Below are positions 10,501 through 19,227 of a stretch of 64,000 nucleotides of DNA, in pieces. Each line of letters begins with the position of its first letter. The stretch's first letter is position 1. Position numbers and translations under genes: made by a program. Source of the DNA: Fibrobacterales bacterium (GTDB lineage: Bacteria > Fibrobacterota > Fibrobacteria > Fibrobacterales > JAOPTW01); contig JAOPTX010000036.1 in the NCBI GenBank assembly GCA_051532055.1, positions 36,092-100,091 on the forward strand, read 5' to 3'. Under the pieces are notes generated by a model. That model saw only the letters and a program-made list of their open reading frames with translations. It had not been told where the DNA came from and did no database searches.

Positions 10501-11242
10501 CACAAACTACAAGCTGTTCCTGCTCAATAATGGCAGTAGTGACCAGACGGGTTCAGTCATGGATCGTGTAAAAGATGAATCGTGGTTTAATGAGTGTGAA
10601 GTGATTCATCTGCCTATAAATATTGGCGCGCCTGCGGCACGTAATTGGTTGGCAGCCCTTCCCGAAAATCAAGACGCTGATTTTATTGCCTATTTTGATG
10701 ATGATATTTTAGTGAAGCCCGATTGGTTAGAAAAAATGCTCGAAACACTAGAGCGTTATCCACAGGCTGGGGTGGTGGGTGCTAAAATATTAAACAGTGG
10801 CACTCCTAAGGTTATTCAACACTCGGGAGGAGTTCTTACTCAAAGTGCAGATTGGATAAATAGAGTAATACTTTCGGGGAGTGTCGAAGATACAGGACAG
10901 TTCGACAGTGTGAGTGAGCGTGATTACCTCATGGGGTGTGCAAATGTGTATCGCAAAGATGCATTTTATGATACGGGATATTTTGATCTACAATTTGCTC
11001 CCACGCAATTCGATGATGTTGACCATCATTTACGCATGAGACTTAAAGGATATCAAGTTATTTTTGATGGAAGGGTAGAGATTGTGCACTTGAGAAATTC
11101 TGGTGGACCGGTTAATGCAAACCATATTGCAAATCGATACAAACTCGAAAATAAATACAGTGTAGAAGATGCTCAAAAAATAATTGATCAAGGAGCACTG
11201 AAAGATTTTTCAGCCAAACACCCTTGGGCTATTCCTCAATAG
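7568..11242 (+). CDS. Multi-module glycosyltransferase (GT4 + TPR + GT2 + degenerate GT-B half + GT2)
   Basis: GT4 motifs QFWAHKNH and PSLFEGW; a helical TPR-like segment; GT2 ISIVVPSYNQG/IDGGSTD/LNSDD; a second GT2 NNGSSD/FDDD/DDVDH. GTG 7568 follows an AGGAG RBS (ORF track starts at 7487). Confidence 0.85.
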   Translation: MRIALNQVGNSKWHGGITYLHNLLCAIRSLPVNDQPELFLHIDQNTAPHLQDNASLFPLLDGITYRGPIPLQETSVSGLPLKSYTSSDLFFEDIDFLFPLNTDVLPGVPVASWIPDFQHKYLPHLFSQELLSSRDTLYQKMADEATVVVLSSEAVKKDYINLYSSNAAPVEILRFHTSIPKDALEMSPQTIVNKYELPDNYILCCNQFWAHKNHSMLFETLALLKKQGHSPTLVCTGGTEDFRDKNYFTNLTNSDAFNAVKENVKILGFIPREDQIQLLRSATALIQPSLFEGWSTVVEDARSVGLPLFLSNLDVHVEQAPEASYLFDPHDPAQLAALYIENISTCLTRDKVACEQKAAQESRKLVQRYAETFLTIAQKYSQDQDQGQSERSIMNTRDELLPIESMIKAGNNEDAVNTLMPIVRGNPNDIDAYYLLIICFWNLGSYEKAQTMLSMALDMAANHEGLIYLKNKVALATIDKSKIALPETTVLPSVLGHHEENLPKISIVVPSYNQGRYLDKCLSSIFSQNYPNLECCVIDGGSTDESVAVIKKYDDKLTFWVSENDRGQSHAINKGLERSTGDIWAWLNSDDWYEPGALFKVAETYKCNPEASAWVGACYRLHDNGWLHYISYPNGLTREHLGNNWNCRQFYQPSCFFNRKYVQEVGGLKEALHFTMDIDLYLRVLERGPFVQGEGIWSTALAQTDAKTVKQIGEAFAEHAELDRSYGFIRGAQNIEEKIKSQYKYSNYAVPDSVLDALALLSSEFDVQAPFEFYTRSHLYFIGDFSNKENVQESIRWIKALVSVLFERIHNPVLHVCGAGVTAVSSLAQPNQVILSERTDLSNLKQVNSVVISPHTYSLEWLDANRTPLTHAGVPIHFCGLQGSYTNYVNGENAFLGKEPDELAFKVMLCMLEPSTYGNFSAMTLLNSGPQSTLGTEPTSVVQCQEANNQKRVHVFIYCWNNESKIKDALESLRTTQYTNYKLFLLNNGSSDQTGSVMDRVKDESWFNECEVIHLPINIGAPAARNWLAALPENQDADFIAYFDDDILVKPDWLEKMLETLERYPQAGVVGAKILNSGTPKVIQHSGGVLTQSADWINRVILSGSVEDTGQFDSVSERDYLMGCANVYRKDAFYDTGYFDLQFAPTQFDDVDHHLRMRLKGYQVIFDGRVEIVHLRNSGGPVNANHIANRYKLENKYSVEDAQKIIDQGALKDFSAKHPWAIPQ

Positions 11243-12407
11243 CAAGAGAGTCATGCCTGAGGAGTTTCTTGGCAAGCTTTAATGATGCGAGGACAGCGGC
11301 ATCCATGTTGTAATATGTGTATTCTCCAAGGCGTCCTAAAAAATGAACCGAGGGCCAGTTTTGAGCCTCTTTTTTATAGAGTGAAACTATGTGATCAGTA
11401 CTTTCATTGTGTACGGAGTAGTAGGGGGTGGCAAATCGCGGGTCGTCTGGAGTGTAGTCATTAGGGAATTCTTTTACCACTGTAGTGGTATTTGCATCTT
11501 GACCGGTAAGTTTTTTGAATTCGGTAATTCGAGTAAATTGTTCGCTGGTGGGGTAGTTGACTACGGCGCCAATCTGATACGACTCCTGCGGATAGTGTTC
11601 CCATTTAAACTCAAGGGTACGGTAAGGGAGTCTTCCGTGAGTGCAATCAAAAAATTCATCAATAGGTCCTGTCCAAATGACATTGCCTTTAAAGAGCTTC
11701 TTATCCAAAAACAGGTCACCATTTCTTTTATCTATTCTGCTTTCTGCTGGGGTATTGAATGTTATATCAATAAGTGGGTTATCGAGCAGTTTTTCAAAGA
11801 GTGGGGTAAATCCATTTTTAGGCCTTACTTGATAGGTGTCATTAAAGTAGCGGTCATCTCGTGAAAGTACTACGGGTACTCTATTGGTTACAAGGGGATC
11901 GAGTTGTTCAGGGGTAACACCCCACTGTTTCATTGTATAGTGTAAAAATATTTTCTCATATACAAATTGCGCGAGCTCCTTGAAGTCGGGGTCTTCCGTC
12001 TCTTTGAGTTTTAATATCGGAACACGAGCGTCTTTTCCATAGGTTTCTATGAGTTTATTCTCTAAGGAACGTGCCTGTTCTTTAGGGAAAAGAAGATGGA
12101 GGGAGTTTAAATTAAAAGGAATGGGGGCAAGGGTGTTGTCGATATTGCCCAATACTTCATGTTCATAGGGCTCCCACTCAGTGAATCGCGAGAGGTATGT
12201 ATAGACATTAGGTGAGGATGTGTGGAAAATATGGGGGCCATAGTTATGAATAAGAATACCGTGGTAATCATAGCTATCGTAACAGTTGCCGCCGATGTGA
12301 TCTCGTTGTTCAAGAATGAGAACTCGTTTTCCTTGTTCTGCAGCCTGTTGGGCAAATACTGATCCCGCAAATCCGGATCCAACAATGAGGTAGTCATATT
12401 CTTTCAT
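11229..12407 (-). CDS. glf: UDP-galactopyranose mutase
   Basis: VGSGFAG FAD motif, GGNCYD, YGPHIFHT, YTMKQWG, TRITEFKKL and GRLGEYTYYNMD. Confidence 0.95.
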   Translation of the reverse strand: MKEYDYLIVGSGFAGSVFAQQAAEQGKRVLILEQRDHIGGNCYDSYDYHGILIHNYGPHIFHTSSPNVYTYLSRFTEWEPYEHEVLGNIDNTLAPIPFNLNSLHLLFPKEQARSLENKLIETYGKDARVPILKLKETEDPDFKELAQFVYEKIFLHYTMKQWGVTPEQLDPLVTNRVPVVLSRDDRYFNDTYQVRPKNGFTPLFEKLLDNPLIDITFNTPAESRIDKRNGDLFLDKKLFKGNVIWTGPIDEFFDCTHGRLPYRTLEFKWEHYPQESYQIGAVVNYPTSEQFTRITEFKKLTGQDANTTTVVKEFPNDYTPDDPRFATPYYSVHNESTDHIVSLYKKEAQNWPSVHFLGRLGEYTYYNMDAAVLASLKLAKKLLRHDSLAIEE

Positions 12408-12490
12408 AATGGTGGTGGGTTAAGGATAGATACTTATTGAAAGTAATATATTTTTACATTCTACTGTATCGAAATAGTTATTTTTCATAA

Positions 12491-13927
12491 ATGAGTATAA
12501 TCAGTCCATTAGCAGAAAATCAGCCCCTCACAATTCTTTGGTTAAGTGGATACTATTACCCAGAAGCTCTTCGCGCCTTAGGGCATAAGGTGATTGCACT
12601 CATTACTCCTGCGCGTAAACCAGGATGTAGCGATGATTTGCCGGTTGATTTGTATGGTGACCCAGCAACTGTTGCATCAACCATCCAGAATTTAATTAAG
12701 AGCTTTAAGCCAGATGTTTTGGTTCAAGGTGATGACATGGCTCCGACTATTCATTTGGGGTTAGAGTGCATAACACTCCCCAAAATATGGCTAGCAGCCG
12801 CCTCGACGGAGCTTAATTGGCAGATACATTATGCAGCCCTTTTTTCTAAGGTGCTGTGTAGTCAGTATAGAGACCTCAATTTGCTTTCGAAGTTTCAAGA
12901 ACAGGTTCTTTGGCTTCCTATGGGGGATATTGGCTATTATCTCAACGGTCGAAAACGTACCGTTTCCTTTCACGATCGGCCATCTGTTGTCGGTGTAGTA
13001 GGTCGAGGGTTAGAGTCCTTTATAGGTCAATTACAACAAGAGCTAGAGAGGCGCTCATTGCATATTGCTGTTGAAAGTATTGATATTCTTGAAACTGAGA
13101 AGGCCAAGTATTGTATTAATGGGGAACTCAATGGCAATATCACCAATACTTTTTTTGCTATACCAGGTAGTGGCTCACTTATGTTTTCACCTCTGTTTCA
13201 AGAATGTGATCAACTATTATTGGCCCAAAAAGATTTTATCCCCTTTTCGTCGATTACGGATATTGCGGGCGGTATTGAATGGGCTGAGTTACATCCAAAT
13301 GAAGCGCAGGCAATTGCAATGTCAGGTGAGAAAAAAGTACTAGAACAGCACACGATGTTGGTTCGGGCAAAAAGTGTTGTGAATCAGATATATTCTCTAA
13401 TAGGTAAGTTTACAGATGTGTCACTCAAAAGTAAAGCACACCTCGCCTACGCCTACCAACTCTGCTCCCAATACCAACTCCCTCAACACATAATTGAATT
13501 TTTCACCGAACAAGCTCTCGAGCTCTCCGAAGAAACAAAATACGACCCAGAAGCACGTTCCTGGAGTCTTCTCACCCAAGGAATTCTCGCTTTTGATAAT
13601 GAAGAGCCTCTTCGGGCATTTAGAACTCTCAGTAATATACTTGACCTTCCGAGCGATATTGAGTTTCAACTTCAATTTTATAAGTATATCGTTATGGCTT
13701 CGGTCCAATGTGAGTATACCCCTAAAGTTTCTCAATTCCTTAATGAGGCTCTTAAAAAATTCCCTGATTACCCAGAGTTTATTACCTTAAAAGAGTCGAT
13801 AAAACTTGATGAACTAGATGAAAAGCTTGCTCAAGTGCCAGAAAAGGAAGAATCTGAAGGGGGGCAGGGTAACGATGATTGTTCAGAAGACGACTCTTCC
13901 TCAATTGACGCGCCGTTACCGTTTTAA
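12491..13927 (+). CDS. Divergent CgeB/Glyco_trans_1_2-like glycosyltransferase with a helical C-terminal region
   Basis: GT-B-like N-terminus, WLP motif and P.E...IA..G...VL..HT...R signature. TPR-like and acidic tail. Confidence 0.55.
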   Translation: MSIISPLAENQPLTILWLSGYYYPEALRALGHKVIALITPARKPGCSDDLPVDLYGDPATVASTIQNLIKSFKPDVLVQGDDMAPTIHLGLECITLPKIWLAAASTELNWQIHYAALFSKVLCSQYRDLNLLSKFQEQVLWLPMGDIGYYLNGRKRTVSFHDRPSVVGVVGRGLESFIGQLQQELERRSLHIAVESIDILETEKAKYCINGELNGNITNTFFAIPGSGSLMFSPLFQECDQLLLAQKDFIPFSSITDIAGGIEWAELHPNEAQAIAMSGEKKVLEQHTMLVRAKSVVNQIYSLIGKFTDVSLKSKAHLAYAYQLCSQYQLPQHIIEFFTEQALELSEETKYDPEARSWSLLTQGILAFDNEEPLRAFRTLSNILDLPSDIEFQLQFYKYIVMASVQCEYTPKVSQFLNEALKKFPDYPEFITLKESIKLDELDEKLAQVPEKEESEGGQGNDDCSEDDSSSIDAPLPF

Positions 13928-14179
13928 ATACGTGACTTGAGTCCCGTTAAATTCTTACCAAAACATCTAAAATTCAATGTAAATTCGTATCTAACAGAGG
14001 AGAAACTACTCTTCGAAATGAGCGAATTTTGTCAAAAAACCTATATTTAGCCTACTAAGTGTTGTGGTGATGTCGGCTGAAACCTTACTAAGGGTAATAC
14101 TTTTACTCTGCTTAACCCCTTGTTTTTATAGTACTTTATAGAGAGTCGGGAACACACAACACAATTGAGGGAACACACA

Positions 14180-15025
14180 ATGCCGATTGTATTTGATTAT
14201 TTAAACTATAGGCTCTATCTAAAAGATCTGTTCAAAGAGGAAAAGAAAAAACCTACTTCGCAGATCACTCATAAATATATACTCGCAGAGCTTGGTATTA
14301 CGTCAACGGGGTTTATGTCAAATGTTATCGCTGCGCGTAAAAATCTTACTCATATTCAGGCAACTAAAATTGGTAAGATACTGAAGTTTAAAAAACATGA
14401 GATGCAGTATTTCGAAATACTGGTCTACTTTACCCAGTCCAAAACCATTGAAGAGAAGAATGAGTACTTCAATCGTCTGGTAACCCTTCAAAAAGTTAAA
14501 ATGAAGGTGATTGACAAGAAAAGGATGAGTCTTTTTTCAAAATGGTACTATGTGTTTGTCCGAGAGCTCCTTGAGAGTTATAATTATAAGGGAGAAACTA
14601 CAGAAGATCACACAAAACTTGCGAAGAAAATGATTCCCCCAATTAAAACGAGTGAAGCACAAGAGGCAATTAACTACTTGAGCGACATGGCTTTGATTGA
14701 TAAGGATGATGAAGGGTACTACCGCCCAGTCAATAGTGCAATTAGTACTGGCGATGAAGTGAAATCCCTTCATACAGCAAAATTTCAGCTTGATACAATG
14801 GACATGGGCAAAAATGCTCTAAATAAAGTCAATCCAAAAGAGCGTGATATTTCTTGTTTGAGTATGTCACTTTCGGAAGATACGTTCAATCTTATAAAGA
14901 TGGAAATACAGTATTTTAGAAAGCGTCTTGCGAAACTTGCAGTAGAAGAGACGAATTTACAAAGAGTATATCAATTGAATTTTCAATTTTTTCCTGTTAC
15001 GACAGAGACAAAAGACGGGAAATAA
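14180..15025 (+). CDS. TIGR02147 family protein (HTH + DUF4423-like)
   Basis: IVFDYLNYRLYL start, WYYVFVRELL, ERDIS and VYQLNFQFFP end. About 280 aa, with a lipoprotein gene directly downstream. Confidence 0.9.
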   Translation: MPIVFDYLNYRLYLKDLFKEEKKKPTSQITHKYILAELGITSTGFMSNVIAARKNLTHIQATKIGKILKFKKHEMQYFEILVYFTQSKTIEEKNEYFNRLVTLQKVKMKVIDKKRMSLFSKWYYVFVRELLESYNYKGETTEDHTKLAKKMIPPIKTSEAQEAINYLSDMALIDKDDEGYYRPVNSAISTGDEVKSLHTAKFQLDTMDMGKNALNKVNPKERDISCLSMSLSEDTFNLIKMEIQYFRKRLAKLAVEETNLQRVYQLNFQFFPVTTETKDGK

Positions 15026-15037
15026 CCGGAGCAGTAT

Positions 15038-16540
15038 ATGCGATATGTGGGATTAAAACCTGGAACTATATTAGGCACGATGATTTTGAGTGCCTTGCTT
15101 ACAGCAGGTTGCTCAGTGAGTGAACAGACAGCAGGTGTCACTGAATGTGGGAATACGGGTGTTACTGAATGTGGGAATACCGACCCTATTGCTGAGGTGA
15201 GCAGTAGTTCTGTAGTGCAATTAAGCAGTGGAGGAGTTTCATCTTCTCTTACTCTATCAAGTTCGTCACAGACTATCAATGAATCAAGTAGTTCAATCGA
15301 AAAAGAATTTAGACTCGAAGGTGTTGCGCTCTATAGTGATGGCAGTCCAGCTTCATTTGCTGAAGTACTTGTACGTACCCAAGATTATCTTGCGAGTAAT
15401 GGTGGCGAGCCGGTGCTCTTACAAAAAACATCAACTGCTCATCAAGGGCTCTTTAAACAATCAATGATGGTAGCCGAAGCAGTTGTCGTTATCACTGATA
15501 GTGAAGGCCGATTCTCGCTTTCATCTCTCTTTCCGGGCAACTATAATATTGAAGTAAATAACAAAGAGACGCACTCTGCATTTCAACCAATATCTATTAG
15601 TGCTGATGATACTTTGATAACAACACAAATGACCCTTAAGGAATATGGTTCAATTACGGGCGCAGTTGAAGTCCCAGAGAATGAACAAGCATATGCAAAA
15701 GTCTATGGTCTTGAGAAGAGTGTTGATGTTGATGAGTTCGGACGGTTTGTTATAGACGATATGCCACAGGGCGATTTCAAGATCCGTATCGACTTTAAAA
15801 ACAATACAGGACTCTCTATTGATGTAAAAGACTCAATTCAGCTCGATAGTGCAGAAGCTGATTATATAGAAACAGATATGAAGTATATGATATTTAGTGA
15901 AACACCTGTTGAAAATTCGGTTCGTTTCTGGGATCAGAAACCTGTGGAATTTCAAGACTCAATTTATGTATTGGGTGGTGGTTTTGTTGGAAACTTTCCT
16001 GATATCATGTTTGAAGAAAAAAAGTATATAGATTATATTCCGATGGTTGGGTATCGCGATGATAAAGCAAGCCTCGTTACCGAGGGTGACTCATCGCTCT
16101 ATATTGGCTTTTATGAGTCACTCGAGTTCGAGATAGGCAGTGTCTTTTTCTACTTCCCGAACTGGCTTGACTCTCTCGAAGCTGATGATTGGCAGGCACA
16201 GGGACTCGCTCTGAGGAGAGACTTACGCCCATGGCAACATCAAGACCTCGTATTTGATATTCTCACAGAGCATAATATGCAAGTGAAAGTGAGTTCAAGA
16301 GAAAATGATACCTACGACCCGACAAAACCTGAAGATGTTGATGTCGTAGCAAATATATTTGAATTTGGTGCATCAGATCTGTGGGAATGGGAAACGGTGC
16401 GTGTACCACTCTCGCACTTTACAACAGCAGACTTTTCGAAATTAAAAGTGGCTTTCTTTATTCAATATGCAGAAGAGGGCGATGTGTTCCTTGATAATAT
16501 CCGCTTTGAGCCCCGTCCAGCAGAAGTGGTGAGCGAATAA
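15038..16540 (+). CDS. Lipoprotein with Ser-rich linker, carboxypeptidase-regulatory-like beta domains and a C-terminal CBM-like domain
   Basis: Lipobox LTAG-C, poly-Ser linker, TDSEGRFSL..L.PG.Y motif and C-terminal WETVRVPLSHF...VFLDNIRF. Confidence 0.7.
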   Translation: MRYVGLKPGTILGTMILSALLTAGCSVSEQTAGVTECGNTGVTECGNTDPIAEVSSSSVVQLSSGGVSSSLTLSSSSQTINESSSSIEKEFRLEGVALYSDGSPASFAEVLVRTQDYLASNGGEPVLLQKTSTAHQGLFKQSMMVAEAVVVITDSEGRFSLSSLFPGNYNIEVNNKETHSAFQPISISADDTLITTQMTLKEYGSITGAVEVPENEQAYAKVYGLEKSVDVDEFGRFVIDDMPQGDFKIRIDFKNNTGLSIDVKDSIQLDSAEADYIETDMKYMIFSETPVENSVRFWDQKPVEFQDSIYVLGGGFVGNFPDIMFEEKKYIDYIPMVGYRDDKASLVTEGDSSLYIGFYESLEFEIGSVFFYFPNWLDSLEADDWQAQGLALRRDLRPWQHQDLVFDILTEHNMQVKVSSRENDTYDPTKPEDVDVVANIFEFGASDLWEWETVRVPLSHFTTADFSKLKVAFFIQYAEEGDVFLDNIRFEPRPAEVVSE

Positions 16541-16581
16541 AAAGACAATTTCAGAGTTGTGAACTTTGAGTCAACAAAAAT

Positions 16582-16609
16582 AAAAAAGCCCGGTAACCCG
16601 GGCTTTTTT
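16582..16609. terminator. Intrinsic terminator, probably bidirectional
   Basis: AAAAAAGCCCGG-TAAC-CCGGGCTTTTTT, about 40 bp after the stop codon. Confidence 0.9.
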
Positions 16610-16741
16610 ATTTTCAATAGCATGAACAGTTTATAAACCTTCATTATTTGTTCCATGTTAAATATAAGGTTACAGTAAACACACATTCTGGCAGGAACTT
16701 ACTTTTACTCTCATATATTGATATAGAAACCTGGGGGAGTA

Positions 16742-19138
16742 ATGGTATCTTGCATACATAACACTGTGCTATACGGATTATTGATAGTTTTTTCATTGAT
16801 TCTGGGGTGTGATAACGCATCATCGACATCACCTAAAGTTGAGGATGGTCTTCTTGACAATAATGAGTACCGAAGCTTTCATGTGGTCTTAGATACTCAT
16901 GCTCATATGGGTGATTCACTCACTATATCACTGCATACGATGACGAAAGATACACTACTCTCTTGGATAGTGACCGAAGGGGGTGGGTCAAGTTATACCA
17001 TTGATTCTTTGAATGGGGGCGATACGGTGATGCTCTATGCTCAATTGATAAGAACAGGGACTCTTATAGCAGACCTCACTGATACTCTTGTACAAGGCGT
17101 GGATACGGGGTATGTGAATGGCATTCCCTCTCTTATGATTAAAGCTGATACAGTGGTTATTGTGGGTGATCGATTTCTGCCTACTGTTACCGTCAGAGAT
17201 GATGATCCAGCTTATCAGATAGAAATACAATATGAAGAAAATCTACCGTTTGTGCCGATTTCTGGTGGAGCACATCGATATAGTGCAGTGGGTATGAAGT
17301 TGGTAGTTGCTCGGGTAATAGATTGTTGTCATACTACGTATGATACGCTTGTGGTGTCGGTGATACCAGTCCCAAACGCTGTTGGACCATCTACTCCACA
17401 GCCAGTGAGTCCATCAATGCGGATACGAGGCACTGCGATAGGGGATGTTGAGTCTATTGGTAGTATTGAGATGGTGGTAACAAGTGCTCGGGGTGATTCT
17501 ATTGCCCAAAATAGCATATTGACTCTTCCTGGCTTTTATGCTGAAATGAAAATGCCTTTTTTTGATACTCTCTATACCCTTGAGGTTAATGTGTATGATA
17601 GCGCATCACATGCGAGCGGTTATTGGAAGGGGACTTTTAGAGGTACTGATTCTTTAGTAACAATTGAGGAGCTTCATCTTCAAAATGGTCTTCCCTCTGT
17701 AGAGCTCCAGGGGAGTACTGAGGTTTCAGTATTCGATTTAGTTCAGATTACCGCATTGGTAAAAGACACAGTGGGAAGTAATGGCCCATTGTCTTACTAT
17801 TGGAAAGGAGTTGATGGGATGTATGTTTTAGGTGCTGCAGTACATACGGTCACTACCGGTGCACTTGAAGGAGATATATCAGTTCAATGCAAAGTTGTCG
17901 ATGCTGATGGAAATAGCACCGAAGCTACTCATGCCTTGACGGTTTTTATTGATGCGCCTTTGGTGTCTATGATTGGTAATGATACTACCATTAGTGATGG
18001 GGCGCTCTTTGCATTTAATTATGAGGTGACTAATCGTTTTGGAACAATTGAAAAGGTGGAGTGGGATTATAATATTCTCGATGATCTTACTGATTATGAG
18101 CTCGGGTTTGGGCCACAAAAAGAGATGCTCACCGCAGATACGATAACTGCAGTGGTTCGTGTAATAGATGATGATACACTCTATGGGTTCGATTCGATAA
18201 CTGTGACTTACGCCGCAGTGGAGCACGACTCCATTGGGGTTGATACGGTGTGGTTTAATTGGACGCGCGCATTAGGGGCTCACTTTAAGGCGTATGAGTT
18301 TTATGGCTCGACACAAAAAAAAGATCTATTTCTTGGTGAGCCATTAAAGGTTGAATCTAATGTCAAGCATACGAGTGGATTTATACCTGGATTAATACAT
18401 AATACGCTTTACTATTATGGAATGAAGGTGATTCGCTTTGATGATTCGATTCCTGCTGTTTCACAAATTCATGAGTTCAAGACAATACATCAAGGGTTTG
18501 AAGACACGCACTTTCCCTATAGTATACTGCGAGATTATAGAGATACCGTATCAAAGAAATGGTTTATCACCGACTCTGTAAGATTGAGTGATCAAGACTC
18601 CGTAATGTTTCAAGGCAAGAATCAGATGCTCGGTGGGGGAACCGTTGGTGCATGGCCCTATAAAGGCTATCCTGATACAACGTATTCTCATGGGCCAAAA
18701 ATTCACAATGATGCGAGCGGGCACTGTACCGAAGGAACCTATTGTTTGTATGCTATTTTTAAAGAGACATCTAAAGAGCCGGGAAGTGTATTCTTCTATT
18801 ACCCCAATCCGTTTGATTCTACTCAAGCATTGCGCCGAGACCTACGGTCTTGGTCCAAACAAAGTCTTAAATTTGATATTAAGACGACTCATCACATTGA
18901 AGTGAAAGTGAGCTCACGGGATTCTGATCTTGTGGAGGATCTCAATGGGACTCCTGGAGATGTAGTGGCTGATGTCCTTGATTATGTTGTATCAGAAAAA
19001 GACGGGTGGAAAAGTATTTCAATTCCATTAACGTTGTTTAAGGATGTTGATTTTGGTAATATAAAAGTGCCCTTCTACATGCAATATAGAGATACCGCTA
19101 CGGTGTTTGTTGATAACATTCGTTATGAAAAGCAATAG
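16742..19138 (+). CDS. Lipoprotein with Ig/PKD/FN3-like repeats and a C-terminal CBM-like domain
   Basis: Lipobox ILG-C and beta-rich modules (CKVVDADGN, VRVIDDD, GL..NTLYYY). The C-terminal domain is homologous to that of the upstream gene. Confidence 0.65.
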   Translation: MVSCIHNTVLYGLLIVFSLILGCDNASSTSPKVEDGLLDNNEYRSFHVVLDTHAHMGDSLTISLHTMTKDTLLSWIVTEGGGSSYTIDSLNGGDTVMLYAQLIRTGTLIADLTDTLVQGVDTGYVNGIPSLMIKADTVVIVGDRFLPTVTVRDDDPAYQIEIQYEENLPFVPISGGAHRYSAVGMKLVVARVIDCCHTTYDTLVVSVIPVPNAVGPSTPQPVSPSMRIRGTAIGDVESIGSIEMVVTSARGDSIAQNSILTLPGFYAEMKMPFFDTLYTLEVNVYDSASHASGYWKGTFRGTDSLVTIEELHLQNGLPSVELQGSTEVSVFDLVQITALVKDTVGSNGPLSYYWKGVDGMYVLGAAVHTVTTGALEGDISVQCKVVDADGNSTEATHALTVFIDAPLVSMIGNDTTISDGALFAFNYEVTNRFGTIEKVEWDYNILDDLTDYELGFGPQKEMLTADTITAVVRVIDDDTLYGFDSITVTYAAVEHDSIGVDTVWFNWTRALGAHFKAYEFYGSTQKKDLFLGEPLKVESNVKHTSGFIPGLIHNTLYYYGMKVIRFDDSIPAVSQIHEFKTIHQGFEDTHFPYSILRDYRDTVSKKWFITDSVRLSDQDSVMFQGKNQMLGGGTVGAWPYKGYPDTTYSHGPKIHNDASGHCTEGTYCLYAIFKETSKEPGSVFFYYPNPFDSTQALRRDLRSWSKQSLKFDIKTTHHIEVKVSSRDSDLVEDLNGTPGDVVADVLDYVVSEKDGWKSISIPLTLFKDVDFGNIKVPFYMQYRDTATVFVDNIRYEKQ

Positions 19139-19149
19139 TATTGAGATGA

Positions 19150-19178
19150 TTTGAGGGGCATTTTAAATGCCTCTTAAA
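19150..19178. terminator. Probable terminator hairpin
   Basis: TTTGAGGGGCATT..AATGCCTCTTAAA stem with two G-U pairs, 12 bp after the stop codon. Confidence 0.55.
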
Positions 19179-19227
19179 ATAATCGTGTCGAGTGTGAGAG
19201 ATAAGGTACATTTAGTTAAAAAAGCCT

